In this document: in pieces, positions 19,846-30,061 of the stretch
Layout: each line of letters starts with the position of its first letter
How positions within the stretch are numbered: position 1 is the first letter of the stretch
NCBI GenBank assembly: GCA_965215195.1
Contig: CBDCDC010000002.1
Span: 3,584,001 to 3,648,000 of the forward strand
Direction of reading: 5' to 3'
Source of the DNA: Candidatus Latescibacterota bacterium
Lineage (GTDB): Bacteria; Latescibacterota; UBA2968; UBA8231
Length of the DNA stretch: 64,000 bases
Notes under the pieces: generated by a model
What the model saw: the letters and a program-made list of their open reading frames with translations, nothing else
Databases searched by the model: none
Told to the model about the DNA's origin: nothing
Position numbers and translations under genes: made by a program

Positions 19846-20346
19846 TTAAAAGAGATCGAGTTGAGGAGCAAGCGCACCTTCGAGGGCGAGCAACGCTCTT
19901 TTGATCGGCAGCCCTCCGGCGTAGCCGACCAGTGCGCCATTGCTGCCAATGACGCGGTGACAAGGCACGACAATGGGCAGAGGGTTCCTGCCGTTGGCCA
20001 AGCCGACGGCGCGGACCGAGCTCGGGTTGCCGATGCGGCGCGCTAGCTCCGAGTAGGAGATCGTCTCGCCGTAGGGAATCTCCGCGAGTGCGGCCCAGAC
20101 TTTGCGCTGAAACGCCGTTCCTTGGGGATGGAGCGGTAGATCAAAGCCGCGCAAGTGCCCGGCGAAGTAGGAATCGAGCTGTTCGGCGACCGGATAGGGC
20201 AGAGCCGCCACGGCCTGCCAATCCGGCGGCGGGGTAAAGTCGCGGCCCTTGAACTGGATGTGCCGCAAGCCCGTGCGGTCGCCGGCTAGGACCAGCTCGC
20301 CGATGAGGCTATATATAGTAGTATAGAGCAGGCCTTCAGCAGGCAT
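19846..20346 (-). CDS. ogt: Methylated-DNA-protein-cysteine methyltransferase
   Basis: GTAFQRKVW, IPYGETISY, RAVG, VPCHRV active site. Confidence 0.95.
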   Translation of the reverse strand: MPAEGLLYTTIYSLIGELVLAGDRTGLRHIQFKGRDFTPPPDWQAVAALPYPVAEQLDSYFAGHLRGFDLPLHPQGTAFQRKVWAALAEIPYGETISYSELARRIGNPSSVRAVGLANGRNPLPIVVPCHRVIGSNGALVGYAGGLPIKRALLALEGALAPQLDLF

Positions 20347-20374
20347 AGTGCTCCTTCGATTTTCTCTTAATTGC

Positions 20375-20506
20375 CTTAGTACACGACACCTAAAGTAGGC
20401 GATACTTACTTTGAGTACGCATTTTCTGCGGTTTCCGCTGGGTCCGGGATCGAGGGCGGGACGCCCTCGATCCTTGGCAGGCTGAGGGCTGGTGTCGTGT
20501 AGTAAG
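20375..20506. mobile_element. MITE copy 1 (132 bp)
   Basis: TIRs CTTAGTACACGACACC / GGTGTCGTGTAGTAAG; 9-bp TSD CTTAATTGC at 20366-20374 and 20507-20515; internal hairpin GGATCGAGGGCG-GGA-CGCCCTCGATCC. Confidence 0.85.
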
Positions 20507-20548
20507 CTTAATTGCTGACGTTAGGCGTTGTCTAGCGATCGTTATTTC

Positions 20549-21799
20549 CTACTGCGATATCCCCAGTGCCCGAAAGTCCGTCCCAGTCGGCTCCTGAAAA
20601 ACCCGCAGATCAAAGGCGGGCACAATGGCGAAGATGTGGTCGAAAATGTCGGCCTGAATCGCCTCGTAGTTGGCCCAGACTATATCCTTGCAGAAGACAT
20701 AGATTTCGAGGGGTAGCCCCTTGGAGGTCGGAGCTAGCTGGCGCACCAGAAAGGTCATCTCTTGGTTGATCTGCGGATGGTTTTGCAGATAGGCCCGCAC
20801 ATAGGCGCGGAAGGTGCCGATATTGGTCATGCGCCGGCCATTTACCAGATGCGAAAGGTCCACTTGGTTGAGCTTGTTGTATTCGGCTAGCTCTTGCTTC
20901 TTGCGCTCAATGTGGGCGGTGATGTACTGGATTTTGGCGAAGCGTGCGAGCATTTCCTCGTCGCAAAACTTGATGGTGCTGACATCGAGGTGGATTGCCC
21001 GCTTGATCCGTCGCCCGCCCGAGTCCTGCATTCCGCGCCAGTTTTTGAACGACTCGCTGATCAGCGCGTACGTGGGAATGGTCGTGATGGTCTTGTCCCA
21101 GTTTTGGACCTTGACCGTCGTCAGCGTTATGTCGAGCACGTCGCCATCGGCCCCGTATTGGGGCATTTCAATCCAGTCGCCATAGGCGACCATGCGGTTT
21201 ACCGAGATCTGGATGCCGGCGACCAACCCGAGGATTGAGTCGCGGAAGATCAAGAGCAACACCGCGGTCATCGCCGTCAGGCCGCCGAGCAAGTAGAGTG
21301 GCGATTGGCCGATTAGGATTGCGACGACGATGACGCTGCCGAGCAAATAGAGGATGATCTTGAGAAACTGCACCAGCCCCTTGATAGAGACTTCGTGCGA
21401 GTCCTTCATGCCGTGGTAGATGCGGACGCCCGCGCTTATCAACGCATCGATGGCCAGTAAGCCGGAGAGCACTAGGTAAACATGCGCCGCGGTCTGGATG
21501 ATTTTGACGGAAACGGGGTGGCCCTCTAAGGCTAGCGGCCCTAGATGGTAGAAGATGAGGCCGGGCACTAGATGGGCCAGCCGGTGCAGGACCCGGCATT
21601 CGATTAGGGCGTCGTCCCAAGGGATATCGGTGCGGCGAATGATGGCGTTGAGGCCGCGGAGTAGCGGCCCTCTGGCTAAGCGATGGGCGAGCAAGGCCAC
21701 GAAGGCGACTAAGGCCAAGGCGACCAGTGCGGCGAGGTCTTCGCTGAGGTCCCTGCTGAGGCCCCATTCGAGAAATTGGCGGCGCAGTGAGTTGAGCAT
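20549..21799 (-). CDS. MscS-family mechanosensitive channel (YbdG-like)
   Basis: FRDSILGLVAGIQ, GDWIEMP.YGADGDV, NWDKTITTIP, GGRRIKR. Confidence 0.92.
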   Translation of the reverse strand: MLNSLRRQFLEWGLSRDLSEDLAALVALALVAFVALLAHRLARGPLLRGLNAIIRRTDIPWDDALIECRVLHRLAHLVPGLIFYHLGPLALEGHPVSVKIIQTAAHVYLVLSGLLAIDALISAGVRIYHGMKDSHEVSIKGLVQFLKIILYLLGSVIVVAILIGQSPLYLLGGLTAMTAVLLLIFRDSILGLVAGIQISVNRMVAYGDWIEMPQYGADGDVLDITLTTVKVQNWDKTITTIPTYALISESFKNWRGMQDSGGRRIKRAIHLDVSTIKFCDEEMLARFAKIQYITAHIERKKQELAEYNKLNQVDLSHLVNGRRMTNIGTFRAYVRAYLQNHPQINQEMTFLVRQLAPTSKGLPLEIYVFCKDIVWANYEAIQADIFDHIFAIVPAFDLRVFQEPTGTDFRALGISQ

Positions 21800-21834
21800 T
21801 GGTTGTTTGCGGGAAAGGGGATTCCGCTAGAAGG

Positions 21835-22317
21835 TTACGCTGGAACCGCTAGGGCAGAGGGAAAGGCGGCGAACAGGGTCGATTGCTCTTGTTCACCGCC
21901 ATAAGAGTAAAAGCGCAGGCGACCTTCTTCATTGACGAGCCAGAATTCTTGGGCACCGCGAGCCAAGTACAGGTCCTTCTTGGCCAGCATCTCGCCGATG
22001 GAGTTGGAGGGCGAGCGGATTTCGACGCATAGTTCCGGTGCTTGGCGATAGGGCGTATCCATCCCGTGGCGGGCGAAGAATGCGTCCGAACCCCAAGCTA
22101 CATCGGCGACTTTGACGCCTTGGCTGGTCTGGATTGAGCACTCGGTCAGGACGCGCCCGGCTGTTTTCTGCTGCATCAAGGTGAAGGCGATGAGGACTTG
22201 GATGTGGCCGTGTTTATTGGAGGCCGGCGTCATGGTTATTTGCCCCCATTCGTTTAGTTCGATCTTGAAGGGCAGGTCCTGCAGGGCCTTGTTTTGGCAC
22301 ACTTCAATCCAGTCCAT
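21835..22317 (-). CDS. Uma2 family endonuclease
   Basis: KVADVAW, APELCVEIRSPSN, Y..RGAQEFWLV. Confidence 0.9.
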   Translation of the reverse strand: MDWIEVCQNKALQDLPFKIELNEWGQITMTPASNKHGHIQVLIAFTLMQQKTAGRVLTECSIQTSQGVKVADVAWGSDAFFARHGMDTPYRQAPELCVEIRSPSNSIGEMLAKKDLYLARGAQEFWLVNEEGRLRFYSYGGEQEQSTLFAAFPSALAVPA

Positions 22318-22456
22318 GGACGCGGTTCTCCTATTGAGCTAGTATCATAGAGGGAAGATAGCCTACTCCCGCAGCGAACTCAAATGAGGCGACAATCACT
22401 TGGAGGAACTATGGAACCCGATCATGGTTGATCAATGGGAAGCGGAAGAACAGTGA

Positions 22457-22699
22457 ATGGCTGAGTACGAGTTCACAGAATATTTTGAGCAGCAAGTCCT
22501 GCGTAAGCGGTCTTATTTGAAGAAAGAGTGGTGCATCTATGTCATTGAGAACGCTGTTCGTTCCGAGCCACAGGAGCATAACAGATTCCGTTTTTGGGCT
22601 GCAATTCCCGAATTCGGGGGTCGCTATCTAAGAGTCATTACGCTCGACGATAAAATGACTATTCACAACGCTTTTCCAGATCGAGGGTTCAAGCCATGA
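22457..22699 (+). CDS. Putative RelE/BrnT-like toxin
   Basis: 80 aa ending GRYLRVITLDD..IHNAFPDR; ATGA-coupled to a DUF2283 gene. Confidence 0.65.
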   Translation: MAEYEFTEYFEQQVLRKRSYLKKEWCIYVIENAVRSEPQEHNRFRFWAAIPEFGGRYLRVITLDDKMTIHNAFPDRGFKP

Positions 22700-22914
22700 A
22701 GCTCAACTACTACCCGGAAACGGACTCACTGTACATTGACTTGTCCGAGCAGTCTAGCGTAGAGAGTCGGGAAATCTCGGAAGGTATCATTCTTGATTAT
22801 GATGCCGACGGTAGGCTTGTTGGTATTGATATCGATAATGCTAGCAACAAAGTTGAAATGGAAAAACTGATTCTCAGTAAACTCCCCGGCAAGGTTGAAA
22901 TGACTAGTGCATAG
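22696..22914 (+). CDS. DUF2283 putative antitoxin
   Basis: YYPETDSLYIDL..ILDYDADGRLVGIDI. Confidence 0.85.
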   Translation: MKLNYYPETDSLYIDLSEQSSVESREISEGIILDYDADGRLVGIDIDNASNKVEMEKLILSKLPGKVEMTSA

Positions 22915-22997
22915 CGCGGCGGGGGGACGCACCTTGCTGCGAACAGGTCGCGGTCTCTCTCACGAGCCTATATTCCCAATGGAAAGGATCTGTTTGC

Positions 22998-23557
22998 ATG
23001 AGTACGCGAGTCTTGCTGGTGGACGCTCACGAAATTACGCGCCAAGGGGTGCGGTCGCTGTGTGAGAAAGAAAACGATATTGAGATGGTCGCCGAGGCCG
23101 GGGACGGCCACACGGCCGTCGCCTTGGTCTCCGAGCACCTACCCGACTTGTGGTCATGGATATTGCCCTGCTCAACTTGAATGGCATTGAGGCGACGCGG
23201 CAGATACGGGATAGGGAACCGAGCGTGAAAGTGGTGGCACTGTTGTGCTATGACCGGCAGGGCGTCTACCTAAACAACGTAAAGATGAACGCTCTAGTCA
23301 TGCGGGGTACCCCAAATGGTGACCTACTGATCGTAGTGGACCATTGGTCCAATAAGACCGTTTTTTTTCAAAAAGTAAACCCAAAAAATGGACAGATAAA
23401 ATACAGTGTGGGACTTTCTACAAGGGAATTCGATCTTACTGTCCATAATCAGGTATGGCTGCCTTATCATAGCACCTTGAATCGTGCCTATTATGTAGGA
23501 GCGATGGAGTACATGATAAAAGAAATCGACGTGACTACACGCAAGATCCTCCGTTGA
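22998..23557 (+). pseudogene. Frameshifted NarL-type receiver-domain fragment fused to an unrelated AT-rich fragment
   Basis: RVLLVDAHEITRQG..VAEAGDG..PDL then a frameshift to VMDIAL..NGIEATRQI; REC-like sequence stops near 23250 and the composition changes. Confidence 0.6.
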
Positions 23558-23693
23558 TTTGGTTGGGAGCCATCCGAATTCATCCCGCTTGCAGAGAAAT
23601 ACTACACTGAATTCAATAGTATTGATGAACTGCGCCTCCCTCCTCGCCGACCAATCGCCCTCCGCTGCTCAGGCGTGGTGAGGGGGTGAAGGA

Positions 23694-24986
23694 GTGATAG
23701 TGCAATCTCTGTCCGAGTCTTTCCGATTTCTCCGTGGCAATGTCCTCGTGCTCACCGTGTCGGGAAGTCTGGGCATGTTCTGCCGGGCCATGGTATTCCC
23801 ATACGTCCCTCTCTACATCTTGGCCCTCGGCGGCGAGCCAGAGCAAATCGGGATCGTTTATGCCCTAGGGCCTCTCGGCGGGCTGATCGCGTTTCCGATC
23901 GCCGGCTATCTAGCCGACCACATGAACCGGGCTTGGTTGATCGCGGGGGCCGGCTATTTCTCAGCTATAGCCGTGCTGGTAAACGCCGTAGCGCCGAGTT
24001 GGGAATGGGTGGCCGCGGCAATGCTGATACGGGGCTTTGCCGTGTTCCACTTTCCAGCCTCATCGGCCATCGTCGCCGACTCTCTGCCCTCTAGAAACCG
24101 GGGTCGTGGGATGGCGACGATGGCCGGCCTGACCGGGGGCTTGGCGCTGTCCGCTCCGTTTGTCGCCGGCGTGGCTATCGACGCTTGGGGAACTGAGAAG
24201 GGGATGCGGATCCTCTACGTGGTGATGGGCTCGGCCTACGCCGCGGGTGCTACGATCAACCTGATCTTCATCCGCGAGACCCGGGAGCCTCCAGCGGAAG
24301 CAGTGAGTGTCGTCAACCTCGGACAGACGCTACGCCGCTCCTACACTGGGATTCCGGCGCTGCTGCGGGGTTTCCCGCGCTCTCTGCGGGCCGTGACCGC
24401 AGTGATCATTCTGTGTTTCATCGCCAATGGCGTGGCCAGCCCCTTCTGGGTGGTGTACGCGAAGACCCACCTTGGGCTGACGGCTGCGCAGTGGGGGCTG
24501 ATCTTGCTGGTAGAATTCGGCTTGCGGAACCTGACGACGGTTCCCGCGGGGTTTCTCATTGACCGCTTTGGACGTACGCGGTTTCTCATCGCTGCCTTGC
24601 TGATCTCGGCTGCGACTCCATTGTATCTGCTGGCTAGCTCCTTTGGGTTCGCGCTGGCGATCCGCTGTACCATCGCCGTGGCCGCGGCCTTTTTCAGCCC
24701 GGCTATGGGTGCCCTGTTAGCCGACACCGTGCCCAGCGCAATCCGCGGCCGCGTGATGGCCGCCATTGGCCGAGGATCCGTGTCGATCGGCAGTGCCTCT
24801 GGCGGGACGGGCGGCCCTGCAACCGGGCTCTTGACCACCTTGCCGCTGATGGCGGCGGCGCTCTGTGGCGGATTCCTCTACGCTTGGAGCCCGGCGGTTC
24901 CGTTTCTGCTCGTCTTTGGACTGACCGTCGTTGCCTTGCTCGTGTCGGTCGCGTTCGTGCGCGATCCAAAAACGGCGCAGGAATAG
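23694..24986 (+). CDS. MFS transporter
   Basis: About 12 TM segments; GYLADHMNR and GFLIDRFGR motif-A repeats. Confidence 0.9.
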   Translation: MIVQSLSESFRFLRGNVLVLTVSGSLGMFCRAMVFPYVPLYILALGGEPEQIGIVYALGPLGGLIAFPIAGYLADHMNRAWLIAGAGYFSAIAVLVNAVAPSWEWVAAAMLIRGFAVFHFPASSAIVADSLPSRNRGRGMATMAGLTGGLALSAPFVAGVAIDAWGTEKGMRILYVVMGSAYAAGATINLIFIRETREPPAEAVSVVNLGQTLRRSYTGIPALLRGFPRSLRAVTAVIILCFIANGVASPFWVVYAKTHLGLTAAQWGLILLVEFGLRNLTTVPAGFLIDRFGRTRFLIAALLISAATPLYLLASSFGFALAIRCTIAVAAAFFSPAMGALLADTVPSAIRGRVMAAIGRGSVSIGSASGGTGGPATGLLTTLPLMAAALCGGFLYAWSPAVPFLLVFGLTVVALLVSVAFVRDPKTAQE

Positions 24987-25075
24987 CTACTAAGTCGCGG
25001 TTGACCCGTTGTAGTAGCGGGCGTACTATCTCCGACCAACCCGCATTCCGCATAGCTAGCAGGTGGTGAGCCATT

Positions 25076-25618
25076 ATGTCGAGGAAGGGAAGCACTATAT
25101 TCGAGCGGCCCGACTGGGACGAGTACTACATGCGCATCGCCATGGCCGTCCGGGCGCGTGCCAACTGCACGGGCAACCGCGTTGGCGCCATCTTGGTGCA
25201 GAACGACCGGATCATTTCGACTGGCTACAACGGCACCCCGCACAACATGGCCAACTGCCTCGACGGGGGGTGCGACCGCTGCAACCGCCGCGACCAGTAC
25301 GCTTCGGGCAAGGGCTACGATTTGTGTATCTGCGTCCACGCCGAGCAAAACGCGCTGTTGTCGGCGGCCCGCTTTGGGATCGCCACCGAAGGAGCGGTGA
25401 TGTATTCGACTATGCGGCCTTGTTTTGGCTGTGCCAAAGAAATCCTCCAAGCCAAGATACACGCGGTGTACTACTTGCACGATTGGATCTATCCCAACGC
25501 CGAGCGGCAGGCCAGCTACGAGGAGCTGTTGTCCTTTGTGCCCGGAGGCGTACGGGCCGTGGCCATGGACGATCCGGACGCGGCTTGGGCCGTTTCCTCC
25601 TTGCGCCAAGAGGGGTGA
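25076..25618 (+). CDS. dCMP deaminase (ComEB-like)
   Basis: RPDWDEYYM, TGYNG, HAEQNA, PCFGC. Confidence 0.92.
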   Translation: MSRKGSTIFERPDWDEYYMRIAMAVRARANCTGNRVGAILVQNDRIISTGYNGTPHNMANCLDGGCDRCNRRDQYASGKGYDLCICVHAEQNALLSAARFGIATEGAVMYSTMRPCFGCAKEILQAKIHAVYYLHDWIYPNAERQASYEELLSFVPGGVRAVAMDDPDAAWAVSSLRQEG

Positions 25619-25619
25619 G

Positions 25620-27062
25620 ATGAGGTGCGCGGCTTGGGCCGCGTGGGCGAGCCTAATGGCCGCGGGGGCCGGCGGCGCAGAGCCAGTCGCCGCAGTGCCG
25701 GCCGGCCACAAGCCAACGCTCGACGGCATCTTGGTAGAGTGGGGAGCGCCTGAGCGCATCGGCCTAGTCCCCGGGGGCGTGCGCGTGGGTGTGCGCGGGG
25801 CCTTTGCCGGCTCAGCCGATCACGAGGCCGACCTCTACCTCATGTGGGACGCCGACTACCTGTACGTGGCGGCCGCGGTAGTTGACGACACCGTAGATGC
25901 CCAACAGATTCCCCCGGGCAAAAGCGAATGGCGCGGCCCATCCGGGGAGCGCAAGGACGCGATGTTTTACTACGATCACTTGAAAATTTTCTTGCGCGGC
26001 CCAGAGCAGCCCTTGGGGCATACCATCTGGCTGAGTCCGGCCGACGGTGCGCCCTATCTGTGGGGGGGCATGCAGCGCGAGAAGCCTACCGAGCGCGTGC
26101 CCGTACAGGCCGGAGGGGTGCTGCGCGCTCAGCTCTACACCTTTGAAGTGGGCATTCCCTGGGGCTGGTTGGGCCTCTCTCCCCAGCCCGACATGGTGCT
26201 TGACGCGCTCTTTCTGCTGCCGGATTCCGACCGGCCCACCGAGGCCCTGCGCAACAAGGTGCGGCAGAGCAACAAGTGGATCTGGTGGCAGGGCAAGGTG
26301 CAGCTCAAGGGGCGACCACCCGGGTTGCGCCAACCGCCCAAGGCGCAGGTCATTGCCGAGATCGCGGCGATGACGCGAAAAATTAGCGTACCGAAGCTGG
26401 ACCGGGATGGGGAGAATGAAAAGCTGGACCGGGATGGACAGGATTCGGTTGGCGTTGGCGCAAGTCTGGGTGGACAGAGGAAAATTCCGGCTGAGGTGGA
26501 CAGCGGCGATGCTGGCACAGGAAGGGCACAAAAGGCCGTGCAAGCTGCGGCCGTGCCGGCGCTTAGGTCGCGGCTAAACAGGTCGTTGTTGGCCAAGACA
26601 AAGCCAGCACCGGCTTGGGTGCGGGCACTCAATGACGACGAGGGGGTATCGCCGGGCCAAGTCGATTCTCTCTATTATAGATTGACCCACTCGCTGGTGC
26701 GCCTGACCGCGGACCGCATTAATGCCCGCAGCGACGGGATTGTCATGGACCTAGCTGAATACGCAGGGACTTGGCGGGCGCAGGCGCGGCACTTCTTGCA
26801 AAAACTGCTGGCCAAGACGCTCGCCGACCTAGAGCAGGGGCGGCTGCAAGAGCAGATCGCCGCTACAGCCGCAGAGGTTGGCGTGGATGGCGACAAAGCT
26901 GCCCGCTTAGTGCAATCGCTCTGCCGCGAAGCCCTAAAGATATATACTGAGGGCAAGGTCGCTAGTTCCGAAACCCTAATCGACAGGGCGCGGCGGCGGG
27001 CCAAACTCTCCGAGGAGCAGGCGCGCCACCTGCTGGCGGTGCTGGCAGCTATACCCCGATAA
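25620..27062 (+). CDS. Secreted hypothetical protein with N-terminal CBM9-like domain and helical C-terminus
   Basis: ATG 25620; PTLDGILVEW, LMWDADYLYVAA.V.DD, YTFEVGIPW. Confidence 0.7.
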   Translation: MRCAAWAAWASLMAAGAGGAEPVAAVPAGHKPTLDGILVEWGAPERIGLVPGGVRVGVRGAFAGSADHEADLYLMWDADYLYVAAAVVDDTVDAQQIPPGKSEWRGPSGERKDAMFYYDHLKIFLRGPEQPLGHTIWLSPADGAPYLWGGMQREKPTERVPVQAGGVLRAQLYTFEVGIPWGWLGLSPQPDMVLDALFLLPDSDRPTEALRNKVRQSNKWIWWQGKVQLKGRPPGLRQPPKAQVIAEIAAMTRKISVPKLDRDGENEKLDRDGQDSVGVGASLGGQRKIPAEVDSGDAGTGRAQKAVQAAAVPALRSRLNRSLLAKTKPAPAWVRALNDDEGVSPGQVDSLYYRLTHSLVRLTADRINARSDGIVMDLAEYAGTWRAQARHFLQKLLAKTLADLEQGRLQEQIAATAAEVGVDGDKAARLVQSLCREALKIYTEGKVASSETLIDRARRRAKLSEEQARHLLAVLAAIPR

Positions 27063-27064
27063 TT

Positions 27065-28135
27065 ATGCCCGTATTTTCCATCGAACACTTGCGCCAAGTC
27101 GGCGCAGCCATTTTCGCGGCCGCCGGTGCGCCACCCGCAGCCGCCGACGTCGTCGCCAAGCTGCTGGCCGACGCCAATGCCGTGGGGCACGATTCGCACG
27201 GCGTCATCCGCATTCCCCAATACATAAGCACCATCGAAAAGGGGGAGATCGTGCCCCACGCCGAGGTCGAAGTCGTGCGCCAGACCGCTGCAGCGGCCGT
27301 GCTCGACGGGCACTGGGGATTTGGCCAAGTCGCAATGAATCAAGCGGTGGAGATGGCTCTAGAGTGCGCCGGCCACTGCGGGGTCGCGGCCATAACCGTC
27401 AAGAACGCCAACCACATCGGTCGCCTCGGCAGCTACGTGGAGCGCATTGCCGAGGAGAACATGATCGGCCTGCTCTGCGCCAACTCGCACGGCGGCGGGG
27501 CCAGCGTGGCCCCTTGGGGCGGCATGGCCGGGCGTTTGGGCACCAACCCGCTGGCGGGCGGCTGGCCCGATGGCGAGGGCGGCGCACTCGTGCTGGACAT
27601 CACCACCAGCGTAGTGGCCGAGGGCAAGGTGCGGGTCAAGCGCAACCGCGGCGAGCCGGTCCCCGAGGGATGGATCATGGACGCGGCTGGCCGGCCATCG
27701 ACCGATCCCGCGGACTTTTACGACGAGCCGCGCGGCAGCCTCTTGCCCTTTGGCGGCGTCATGGGCCACAAGGGCTACGGACTCGGAGTAGTGGTGGAGC
27801 TGTTGGGCGGGGCGCTGAGCGGGGCGGGTTGTGCGCGGGGCCGGAAGGCGCGGATCGGCAACGGCTGCTTCTTGCTGGTCATCGACATTGGCCGCTTTCA
27901 GCCGCTCGCCGAGTACGCGGCCCAAGTGCGGGCGTACGCGGCCTATCTGCGGGCCTCGCCCAAGGCCGCGGGCGTTGAGGCCATCCTGCTGCCCGGCGAT
28001 CTGGAAAAGCGCGAGCGACAGGGGCGACAGTCCGGCGTGGTCGTCGAGGAAGAGACTTGGCGGCAAATTCTAGATTGCGCTCACCGGGTCGGTGCGGCAT
28101 TGCCGGCGCACGAGTCCGATCCTTGCACCCAATGA
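27065..28135 (+). CDS. Ldh_2 family oxidoreductase (second paralogue)
   Basis: GHDSHG, HIGRLG, LGTNP, DITTS..AEGKV, HKGYGL. Confidence 0.9.
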   Translation: MPVFSIEHLRQVGAAIFAAAGAPPAAADVVAKLLADANAVGHDSHGVIRIPQYISTIEKGEIVPHAEVEVVRQTAAAAVLDGHWGFGQVAMNQAVEMALECAGHCGVAAITVKNANHIGRLGSYVERIAEENMIGLLCANSHGGGASVAPWGGMAGRLGTNPLAGGWPDGEGGALVLDITTSVVAEGKVRVKRNRGEPVPEGWIMDAAGRPSTDPADFYDEPRGSLLPFGGVMGHKGYGLGVVVELLGGALSGAGCARGRKARIGNGCFLLVIDIGRFQPLAEYAAQVRAYAAYLRASPKAAGVEAILLPGDLEKRERQGRQSGVVVEEETWRQILDCAHRVGAALPAHESDPCTQ

Positions 28136-28141
28136 GAACCC

Positions 28142-29023
28142 ATGATGCAGGAACCGCAAATCGCTCAACACCCAACGGAGATATTCGGCTATTCTTTTGT
28201 GGATTTTTCCGCCGAGGCCCAAGCGGCAAGACAAGAACAGTTTTGTCCTTTTCTATGTGGCGAATGCAAGAAGCCTCGAAAGAGCCAACCAGAAATAAAA
28301 ATAGGCGTCTGCTCAGTGGGCTATAAGGGGAGGTTCCTCGAGAAAATATCCCCGATTATCATCTGTCCCTATAGAATAGGGCAAAAAATTGTCTATAACA
28401 CCATTGAAGAATTGTATTTCCCAGCGAGCTCGTCAGAAGATGAAGTACGGTGGGCTTCAGAAGTATCGTGTGGTGTCGCAGGTAGTATAGATTTTGTAGC
28501 TGCAAAAATTGGCGATAGAGGGATTGAAGATTTTATCTGTGTCGAATTTCAAGCAGCCGGCACGACGGGAACTCCTTGGGAAGCAGTTTTAGACTTTCAA
28601 CGCAGAGCCACATTCAGCAAAGAAGCTTATGGATATGGAATAAATTGGGCGAATGAATTTGCGAAAACGATGATGCAGCAGGTGTACAAGAAGGGAATGG
28701 TCGTCGAGTCTTGGGGGACAAAAATAGTATTCGTTCTTCAAGATGTCGGCCTTGATTATATTCAGTGTACCACTGATGCCAGCGATTTACATGAAGCAAC
28801 CGATGGGGATCCTATCCACTTTTGTACGTTCAAGATGGTCTGGAGCGAGAGCCGATCTACGTGGAAATTGGCTTTTGATAAGAGGGTTGGAACAAATACC
28901 GAGGGAATACGAAAGATTCTAGGAGGCGCACATGAAGATACATTTCCAACAATTGATGAATTCAAAAATAACATAAATTATAGACTGGAGCTAAATTCGG
29001 AGGCTCAAAGGAGTCTTTTCTAA
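28142..29023 (+). CDS. NotI-family type II restriction endonuclease
   Basis: N-terminal CPF..C.K..GVCS..ICPYR metal-binding Cys set; IDFV..VEFQA catalytic motif; AT-rich. Confidence 0.8.
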   Translation: MMQEPQIAQHPTEIFGYSFVDFSAEAQAARQEQFCPFLCGECKKPRKSQPEIKIGVCSVGYKGRFLEKISPIIICPYRIGQKIVYNTIEELYFPASSSEDEVRWASEVSCGVAGSIDFVAAKIGDRGIEDFICVEFQAAGTTGTPWEAVLDFQRRATFSKEAYGYGINWANEFAKTMMQQVYKKGMVVESWGTKIVFVLQDVGLDYIQCTTDASDLHEATDGDPIHFCTFKMVWSESRSTWKLAFDKRVGTNTEGIRKILGGAHEDTFPTIDEFKNNINYRLELNSEAQRSLF

Positions 29024-30061
29024 TCGTCGTCGGGCGATTTTTATATAATTTCCGCTCAATTCGATCCCCATACCGCGTCTATGTAATAGGTTGGCCGCTA
29101 CTAACGTGCTACCTGTTCCCATAAATGGATCGAGTACTATACCGTTCTCTCTACTAGTTGCCTTAATCGGAATTTGCAACAGCTCAATGGGAAACACCGC
29201 GTAATGCGCGTCTTTTCTCCACTCATCTTCCGGGACTATGTTCCACACGTCGGAAGGAATATAGCCCTTAGCCTTACTCGTCAAAATGAAGTACCCTTTT
29301 TTTTGCAACTCTTTGGCTCTTCCGCTTACGTTGCCATCATTGCTGTGATACGTGCGTTGTGTACCTCTAATCGTCATTCTGAAATCGACGAGTTCGCCGG
29401 CGCGAATTTTTTTTAGCGTCTCGTCGAGAGCGTTTATCGCTGCTTCTTTTTCGCTCTGATTCAAGGCATCCGAGTTGAGAATTTGCTGGCGATATTTTTT
29501 TCCACTTACGCCGGTCGCAGATACTACCTCTTTGCCGTTCACTTTGGGGAGTTTAGTAGGTTTGATTCTTATACTATCTGCATCGTAATAGTATCTCTTG
29601 TTTTTTACAAAGTGAAAGACATGCTCATACATATCTCTCAGTCTATCTTTAGCACTTTGCGTTCCCTTTAGCTGGTGCCATATTACGTCGTTGCGCAGAA
29701 TCCATCCATCCTCCTGCATCGCGATGGCAACGCGCCAAGGCATTCCCATCAAGTTCTTATTATGATATTTATCGCCAAGGTTCAGCCATACTGAACCCGT
29801 CTTTTTTAAGATTCGTTTAATTTGTTTAAAAATACCTGCAATGGTATCGACGTATTCTTTAGGGGTCTTTTCCGCACCAATTAACGCGCCTAGATTTTCG
29901 CTTAGGTCGTAATCTCTTAACTGCCAGTAGGGAGGCGACGTCACTACGCAGTCAATACTTTCATCGGGTATCCGTTCAATTATCTCTATACAATTGCCTT
30001 GCAATAGGCCAGCGTCCCGCTCGCCATCAATAATCTGCCGAATGATGTGATCGTTATCCAT
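28991..30061 (-). CDS. Beta-class N4/N6 DNA methyltransferase (cognate, convergent)
   Basis: VTSPPYW motif IV first, HYAVFP and LDPFMGTGST motif I last. Confidence 0.9.
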   Translation of the reverse strand: MDNDHIIRQIIDGERDAGLLQGNCIEIIERIPDESIDCVVTSPPYWQLRDYDLSENLGALIGAEKTPKEYVDTIAGIFKQIKRILKKTGSVWLNLGDKYHNKNLMGMPWRVAIAMQEDGWILRNDVIWHQLKGTQSAKDRLRDMYEHVFHFVKNKRYYYDADSIRIKPTKLPKVNGKEVVSATGVSGKKYRQQILNSDALNQSEKEAAINALDETLKKIRAGELVDFRMTIRGTQRTYHSNDGNVSGRAKELQKKGYFILTSKAKGYIPSDVWNIVPEDEWRKDAHYAVFPIELLQIPIKATSRENGIVLDPFMGTGSTLVAANLLHRRGMGIELSGNYIKIARRRLEKTPLSLRI

